Assembly: GCA_032718475.1 (NCBI GenBank)
Contig: JAUCBJ010000155.1
Coordinates: forward strand, 1 to 40,217
Length of the DNA stretch: 40,217 nt
From: Nemertoderma westbladi
Lineage: Eukaryota; Animalia; Xenacoelomorpha
Reading direction: 5' to 3'
Shown here: piece by piece, positions 36,101 through 40,217 of the stretch
Layout: each line of letters opens with the position of its first letter
Position numbering within the stretch: position 1 is the first letter of the stretch
Notes under the pieces: model-generated
Told to the model about the DNA's origin: nothing
The model's input: the letters and a program-made list of their open reading frames with translations, nothing else
The model's database searches: none
Made by a program: the position numbers and the translations under genes

Positions 36101-36327
36101 TGTAAGCCGAGTACATCACAAGAGGACAGTAGGTTGGTAACATAATCACTGTTTGCACTGAATCCATGACAATTAAAAGTGACAGTACGTAAGTCTATAT
36201 GGGCAGGGGAAGTATACCGATGCTGCTGGGGTGTATCATCCGTGTTAAATCCTAGTCCGACCAAGATTATGGCCAGCTGAGTGGGTGTGACTCGACTCAG
36301 ACCAATGATCATTCCTTGACTGCGCAC
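33157..36327 (-). CDS. LINE ORF2: APE endonuclease plus reverse transcriptase
   Basis: APE: TFNCHGF, LQEHWL, GAGGV, ADTNA, SYIDHV, SDHVP. RT: KSPDLHSL, SYRPI, DIASAFDNVDH, GVKQGSNISPVLF, YADD (34042-34053), FLG. First ATG at 36312. Cys-containing remnants in other frames beyond the stop suggest a decayed C-terminus. Confidence 0.95.
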   Translation of the reverse strand: MRSQGMIIGLSRVTPTQLAIILVGLGFNTDDTPQQHRYTSPAHIDLRTVTFNCHGFSANSDYVTNLLSSCDVLGLQEHWLDAIESKELLSDFNRDFKCVHTVSSLMNNPNRVRGAGGVGLWFRRGKFHDATVVVSGDNIVGVRAHITGYRTPLLILSCYAPDAGKDISYFEDFLGRLSATILSHNDAIPIILADTNADFGPLQGPRFSRTSATPRGLRLNDFILENGLHVVDTIEKTGGPTTTYRGHWGNSYIDHVITSPTGASFFSNGLVMDVNPLNLSDHVPVSSNFMFPLQGSASPKRTPTVHHTRTVRFAWNRATTEQLAEYNKTVESEIQKLDKLSPTYTHPLHWTYEDLDCIVNQLQGILYDAAVREIPIAKRRKLTKNLRIRSGPLHLLSLTTRKLYKVWAKEGKPADSEIGSAYKDSKRSLRRTRNWLSKNLVANQVNSKAGILRTNPKQFWRSFNPKNSQTIPSAVQNKIRDNFLNTSNISDSTSIEQLVQDLEKQCKTTAAPIISPAAIQRAVKALSLGKSPDLHSLVIEHVNNLDPDLICPILSDVINACFRLGNVPDTFGLTIITNIHKGKLRDPLLASSYRPIATVNLLAKVYESLILNEFLSTQILSHPSQLAYQKKLGSDVIISSLLECLELQRQRGLPVFLCQVDIASAFDNVDHLILFQKLSRYINPHTCLSLLRYYSKTLVFLKFGDEISCSGIPILKGVKQGSNISPVLFNFYLSDVFHALDSAGYKHTAGSNWMDIIAYADDILVLARNPEDLERILSIIIDNLRNIHLDIASSKTKWTYCAPSKTNVSNVSIPTFITIKNTLIPGQSMLLFLGYKLEFWRPNPLAECIRLIAMASESFHRNAWTVRWLNTTTLAHLWRSVALPIILYNAKFLIGRLTKTEIEKLEIYYRKTLRGLLHLGTYASNQVIYSLMGCQPLAFDAFTSCIGILCRLTSCLNPNLQYNLRNMLQINTMDTMKRYVGIGSLYNRCNLEFAMPSLSSLLQHSYGVKELKARIKLGTLTTIECINARYIEECYNLKNISFKDKHNRITQYFNIV

Positions 36328-36712
36328 CGACTCGGGACTTCAAATTGCCAGCAGTCAACTTATTGTACCATTCCTGACAATAAATCCCATTAGGCCAGAA
36401 CCCATCAGAACATAGAGTGTCCTTCATGTTGCTATCCACTGTGATCCTCATAGAACACGAGCCCCCATTGTTTCTGGTTGTAATGCGGTAGAAACTAACG
36501 TTTTGTCCCTTAAGATACCATGCAACATCATGTTCAGTATACTGCGTGCTCAGCCCCTCAATAAATAAATATGCGTACTCACTATCCCTCGAGACTGCAG
36601 GTTCTGATCGTCTCACTGGCTTGTAATTCTTATTGTCATGTCGATCTTTAGCTCCGTGCCGGTGGTACTCACTTATGTGCGGTTGGTACTGACGGTCACT
36701 TACACCAGACGA
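36245..36712 (-). CDS. LINE ORF1 C-terminal RRM-like segment (frameshifted from the main ORF1)
   Basis: LFIEGLSTQYTEHDVAWYL...SMRITV...FWPNGIYCQEW matches the RRM-like/'FWP.G' motif common in LINE ORF1 proteins. The frame is open back to ~36712, overlapping the ORF1 stop at 36700; the segment also overlaps the ORF2 start. Confidence 0.7.
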   Translation of the reverse strand, partial: SSGVSDRQYQPHISEYHRHGAKDRHDNKNYKPVRRSEPAVSRDSEYAYLFIEGLSTQYTEHDVAWYLKGQNVSFYRITTRNNGGSCSMRITVDSNMKDTLCSDGFWPNGIYCQEWYNKLTAGNLKSRVGAQSRNDHWSESSHTHSAGHNLGRTRI

Positions 36713-39700
36713 CTAGAATTGTTAGTTCTGGGTTGGCTCCCACGTGATCCTGGTCTGTATGATGTACGGTAGTGTTTAGTCTGTCCACTGCGTATAGGAC
36801 CTCCATTAGTCTGTGTTTGACAATAGGAGGTCGGTCTCAATGGTTCTGATCCAGGATAAGAGTTGGATTCACCTGTGACAATGGGATTTGTGAGGTATGC
36901 AGATGCAGTTGCGGTATTGGAAGCATTTGTGTGTTCATGTTCCAGTATTCCATAATAGTTATTTGTATGAGCTGAGGTAGCAGCAGCAGGCATGTGTGTC
37001 TTACCTGATTTCAAAGTGTGTTTCGGAGATGGAATCCTCCATTCACCCTGACTCGGGGAATCATCATTATCAGACACAGAGGCCATACTAGAGGCCATCC
37101 TATTATGCATGTCAGTTAGATTGTTGAGTGGGGCAGGAGAGCAATAAGCTGAGTCGATAACAGTTAGTTCCATTTCCGTGGTTGATGAGCCAGAAGGTAA
37201 AAAACCTGTTGGCGGACTTACATTGGATGTGTCTCCAACTTCACCAGGTCTCAACTGCGGCCCCCTGTCTCTTACTGGATCATCTCGTTTCGAATGAGGC
37301 TTACCACTGGAGAAACTAAGATTTTCAGCCAGTTTAGCTTCAGTGATCAGACGACTGTGTCTTTCGTGATTCAGTTCCCCTTTGAGTATCCTGATTTCCT
37401 CCCTTAATTGATCGTTTACATTTTCGATTAGGCTAAGTCTTGTCTGTATTGAAGCTACAGATGATATAAGGTCCTGCCTCAACCGTTCTGTAGTAATGTT
37501 CTCATCAGTATTAGGCGCACTAACTTTAAGGCGCTTACGGCATGCCTCGGTCAATGTACCTTCATTAGCAGCGCGTGCAAGTTCGAATATGTCTGTGCAG
37601 TATTCATGGGTGGATGTTCTGGGCCTAAGTTCCAAAGAAACTGTCTGTATCGGTGTCATGAATGCTTTAACCTGCAGAAATAATCTGTCTCTAATGGTTG
37701 AGCGTGTGTCACTATCCAATTGAGTGATGTGCAAGAGGGCCGTCTTCCTTGGCATGCTTGACATTGAAGATAGCCAATATGACCATTTCAAGCCCCCGAG
37801 ATCACCAGGAAGTGATGCATGTGATTGCATTGTTGGTTGTATCCCATCTATCTGATGACTGACTCTGTCCTGTGTTTTGTTTAGGCTAGTTACCCTTGCC
37901 ATATTATGATCTAGAGGAGTTTTACTAGAATATACATTGCTGTCACCAAGTGAATAAGGTTTACAACAACCAGTATCAGCTAATGAGAATGGGTCCACTA
38001 TGTACTGATTCAATATAGTCATCTTAACCCACTCTCTGAGTAAGCTGCTATTGTGATAGAAGGATGATGTGATCTTGTAACGACAATCAAATGCTATTGT
38101 AAAACCGAACAGACATATAAAAGGACCACAGTCGAAGTCATTTTTTTGGCTTGGCACGGGTTGAGGGGCAGTGATAGTCATCCAACGATCAATATACTTA
38201 CTCTTTCTGGACCTATCACTTGGAGAGTTGTCGTCTATGAAGTTCAATATATTGCATAGCTCCCTTGTTGTGTTAGAGGGGTTAAGATGCCCAAGGGAAC
38301 ACATTCTGCGGATTTCCTTGTCCTTTATGTTTGCTACGTGTAGAACGTAATGGTTCTTTGAGCACTCAGGAAAGAGCAGATACTCAGTTTGTGGATGATA
38401 ATAACGCTTGACTATAAACTTGATGGCAGTGCATATGTTATACGGTTCGGCAATGATTGTGATTAGCTGAGATTGAATCGCACCGACCTTGTAAGAAGAG
38501 TCTCTTTCCAAGGTCTGGAGAAAGCTGTCTATGATTGACGTTGAAACGGGCAGTTCGGGACTCAGTGATACGAGATCCTCTTCATCAATGGTGTCTGGAA
38601 AAGTAAGTGTCATGGCTGCCTCAGAGGCAAGGAACTTGCGGGCCTTCTCCCTAGGCGAGCAGAATGGTTCATTCACAGGGGATAGAAGTTCCACTGGAAC
38701 TTCAGTGACACTACAGTCATCATTAATTTTGCACGGGGACATTTGAGCCAATGCTTTGAAAATTTCCATGCTGGGAGTCGCGGGGACTTCGATAATGTCC
38801 AACCCAGTATCCTTATTAATGATTGTTGGCTTTATCTTTTGAGTTTTTTGGGTTTGTTGGTTATATTTCTGTCGCGAGGTCTTCTTGGATTTCTTACCTT
38901 TTGCAGGAATTATAATTGGGTGGTAAGGGTCACCTTTACTCCTTGTTCTTGGTCCAGTGTGTATGATTGTATTACTATTCCTCGAAGGGACTGCTGTGGT
39001 TGTAGTGTTTGGCAATGTGCTGTGTGCATGGTCAATAGGATAACTACTTGTACATGTAGTGGTTTGGGGGGTTGGGGCAGTAGTTGTGAAACCTGTATAT
39101 GTAGAAGTCAGCCTATCAGGGTAGGCTCCCTTTACTACCCATGTGTCCCCCGATAGTTCCTCTAATAACACAGACCCCCCCTTAGTGTTATCAATGTGAC
39201 TACTATGTGTTGGTGATGGTAGTGTGGACCTAATTGTAGGTTGGTTCGCTTTGGCGAAATGACTAAGTTCCACATTGCCTAAAACAACAGTGCAATTACA
39301 ATCACCATTACATACACAAGAAGTGTCAGTTGGGCTACCGGAAGAGATAATAATACCAGTATCAAACCTCACATGCTTCTGTTTCCTCATAGCGCCATGG
39401 GCTGTAGTCTCCCTCGATCCTCCCAGAACCAGGTCATCGGCTGTATGGATGCCCGGGCCTATCTGGTCCAGGTTAGACAGGGAAGAGACAGATACTCCTG
39501 CTTCGAGTTCGATCGCCGCTGAGAAACTCACTGCGGGGTCAGATACACTGAGGATACCCGTTGGCATTACCTTCGGGGGAGGAGTTCCGATTAAACTTGA
39601 CGGAGTAATAGCCGGAGTTCCGGTTAGACTCGATGACATCGCTTTGGAAATCCCGGCCAATCTCGATGGGATAATAGCTGGAGGAGTTCCTGTTAAACTC

Positions 39701-40217
39701 CATGGCGTCGCCTCGGAAATCCTGGTTAAGCTCGATGGAGAAGTAGCCGGAGGAGGTCCGGTTAAACTCGATGACATTGCCACGGAAATCGCGGTTGGAC
39801 TCGATGGAGAAGTTGCCGGAGGAGTTCCGCTTAGACTCGATGACGTCGCGTTGGAAATCGCGGTTAAAGTCGGAGGGGACGTAGCCGGAGGAGTTCCGGT
39901 TAAACTCGGTATCGTCGCCTCGGAAATCCCAGTTAAACTCGATGGAGAAGTTACCGGAGTAGTTCCGGTTAAACTCGGTTTCGTCGCCTCGGAAATCCCG
40001 GTTAAACTCGATGGAGAAGTTGCCGGAGGAGTTCCGGTTAAACTCAGTTTCGTCGCCTCGGAAATCCCGGTTAAACTCGCTAGAGGAGTTCCGGTTAAAC
40101 TCGGTTTTGTCGCCTCGGAAGTCCCAGCTAAACTCGGAGGAGAAGTAGCCGGAGGAGTTCCGGTTAAAATCGACAGCGTCGCCTCTGAGATCCCGGTTAA
40201 ACTCGATGGAGATGTTG
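36700..40217 (-). CDS. LINE ORF1: S/T/P-rich repeats, Ulp1/C48 peptidase-like domain, coiled coil (5'-partial)
   Basis: The frame appears open to the window edge. C48-like motifs IIDSFLQTL, LLFP...NHYVL...MCSL and PSQKNDFDCGPFIC (~38000-38600). Coiled coil LISSVASIQTRLSLIENVNDQLREEIRILKGEL. Confidence 0.8.
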   Translation of the reverse strand, partial: TSPSSLTGISEATLSILTGTPPATSPPSLAGTSEATKPSLTGTPLASLTGISEATKLSLTGTPPATSPSSLTGISEATKPSLTGTTPVTSPSSLTGISEATIPSLTGTPPATSPPTLTAISNATSSSLSGTPPATSPSSPTAISVAMSSSLTGPPPATSPSSLTRISEATPWSLTGTPPAIIPSRLAGISKAMSSSLTGTPAITPSSLIGTPPPKVMPTGILSVSDPAVSFSAAIELEAGVSVSSLSNLDQIGPGIHTADDLVLGGSRETTAHGAMRKQKHVRFDTGIIISSGSPTDTSCVCNGDCNCTVVLGNVELSHFAKANQPTIRSTLPSPTHSSHIDNTKGGSVLLEELSGDTWVVKGAYPDRLTSTYTGFTTTAPTPQTTTCTSSYPIDHAHSTLPNTTTTAVPSRNSNTIIHTGPRTRSKGDPYHPIIIPAKGKKSKKTSRQKYNQQTQKTQKIKPTIINKDTGLDIIEVPATPSMEIFKALAQMSPCKINDDCSVTEVPVELLSPVNEPFCSPREKARKFLASEAAMTLTFPDTIDEEDLVSLSPELPVSTSIIDSFLQTLERDSSYKVGAIQSQLITIIAEPYNICTAIKFIVKRYYHPQTEYLLFPECSKNHYVLHVANIKDKEIRRMCSLGHLNPSNTTRELCNILNFIDDNSPSDRSRKSKYIDRWMTITAPQPVPSQKNDFDCGPFICLFGFTIAFDCRYKITSSFYHNSSLLREWVKMTILNQYIVDPFSLADTGCCKPYSLGDSNVYSSKTPLDHNMARVTSLNKTQDRVSHQIDGIQPTMQSHASLPGDLGGLKWSYWLSSMSSMPRKTALLHITQLDSDTRSTIRDRLFLQVKAFMTPIQTVSLELRPRTSTHEYCTDIFELARAANEGTLTEACRKRLKVSAPNTDENITTERLRQDLISSVASIQTRLSLIENVNDQLREEIRILKGELNHERHSRLITEAKLAENLSFSSGKPHSKRDDPVRDRGPQLRPGEVGDTSNVSPPTGFLPSGSSTTEMELTVIDSAYCSPAPLNNLTDMHNRMASSMASVSDNDDSPSQGEWRIPSPKHTLKSGKTHMPAAATSAHTNNYYGILEHEHTNASNTATASAYLTNPIVTGESNSYPGSEPLRPTSYCQTQTNGGPIRSGQTKHYRTSYRPGSRGSQPRTNNSSRLV
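39575..40217 (-). repeat. Coding 69-bp (23-aa) tandem repeat ISEATKPSLTGTPPATSPSSLTG
   Basis: About nine diverged units, all in frame with ORF1, continuing past the window edge. Confidence 0.9.

Larger units (their letters stand above)
32627..40217 (-). mobile_element. Large APE-type non-LTR retrotransposon (tentatively RTEX/Proto2-like); 5' end outside the window
   Basis: ORF1 plus APE-RT ORF2, a 3' region, and an (ATGA)n microsatellite tail at 32627-32640. The clade is inferred from motif style only. Confidence 0.85.

Noticed and set aside
33359-39156. Plus-strand ORFs antisense to LINE ORF1/ORF2
   Set aside because: Short, without recognisable motifs, and expected by chance opposite long ORFs.

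Overview
AT-rich, transposon-dense eukaryotic (invertebrate-animal-like) DNA. No prokaryotic features, rRNA, tRNA or CRISPR were found. From left to right: the right end of a TTAA-flanked piggyBac-like DNA element; a BEL/Pao LTR retroelement (- strand) whose long ORF keeps Gag and protease but has lost RT and most of RNase H and integrase in frame; a foldback/MITE; a CR1/L2-type LINE fragment with a 2A-like DIEINPGP motif, PHD finger and APE start; a nearly intronless ABCC4/MRP4-like gene; decayed LINE and Gypsy fragments; a TMEM151-family ORF with an upstream stop; a three-exon fibrinogen-domain (FReD) gene; and a large APE-RT non-LTR retrotransposon running off the right edge. Two features stand out. 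(1) A ~5.4-kb array of about 150 copies of a 35-bp unit that duplicates the FReD gene's own exon 2/intron 2 junction; on the sense strand each unit reads as an 18-nt in-frame block (PLLNKC) plus a 17-nt GT...AG segment. (2) The LINE's very long ORF1 combines S/T/P-rich 23-aa repeats, a Ulp1/C48 SUMO-protease-like domain, a coiled coil and an RRM-like domain. All calls were made by eye from motifs; no database searches were run.
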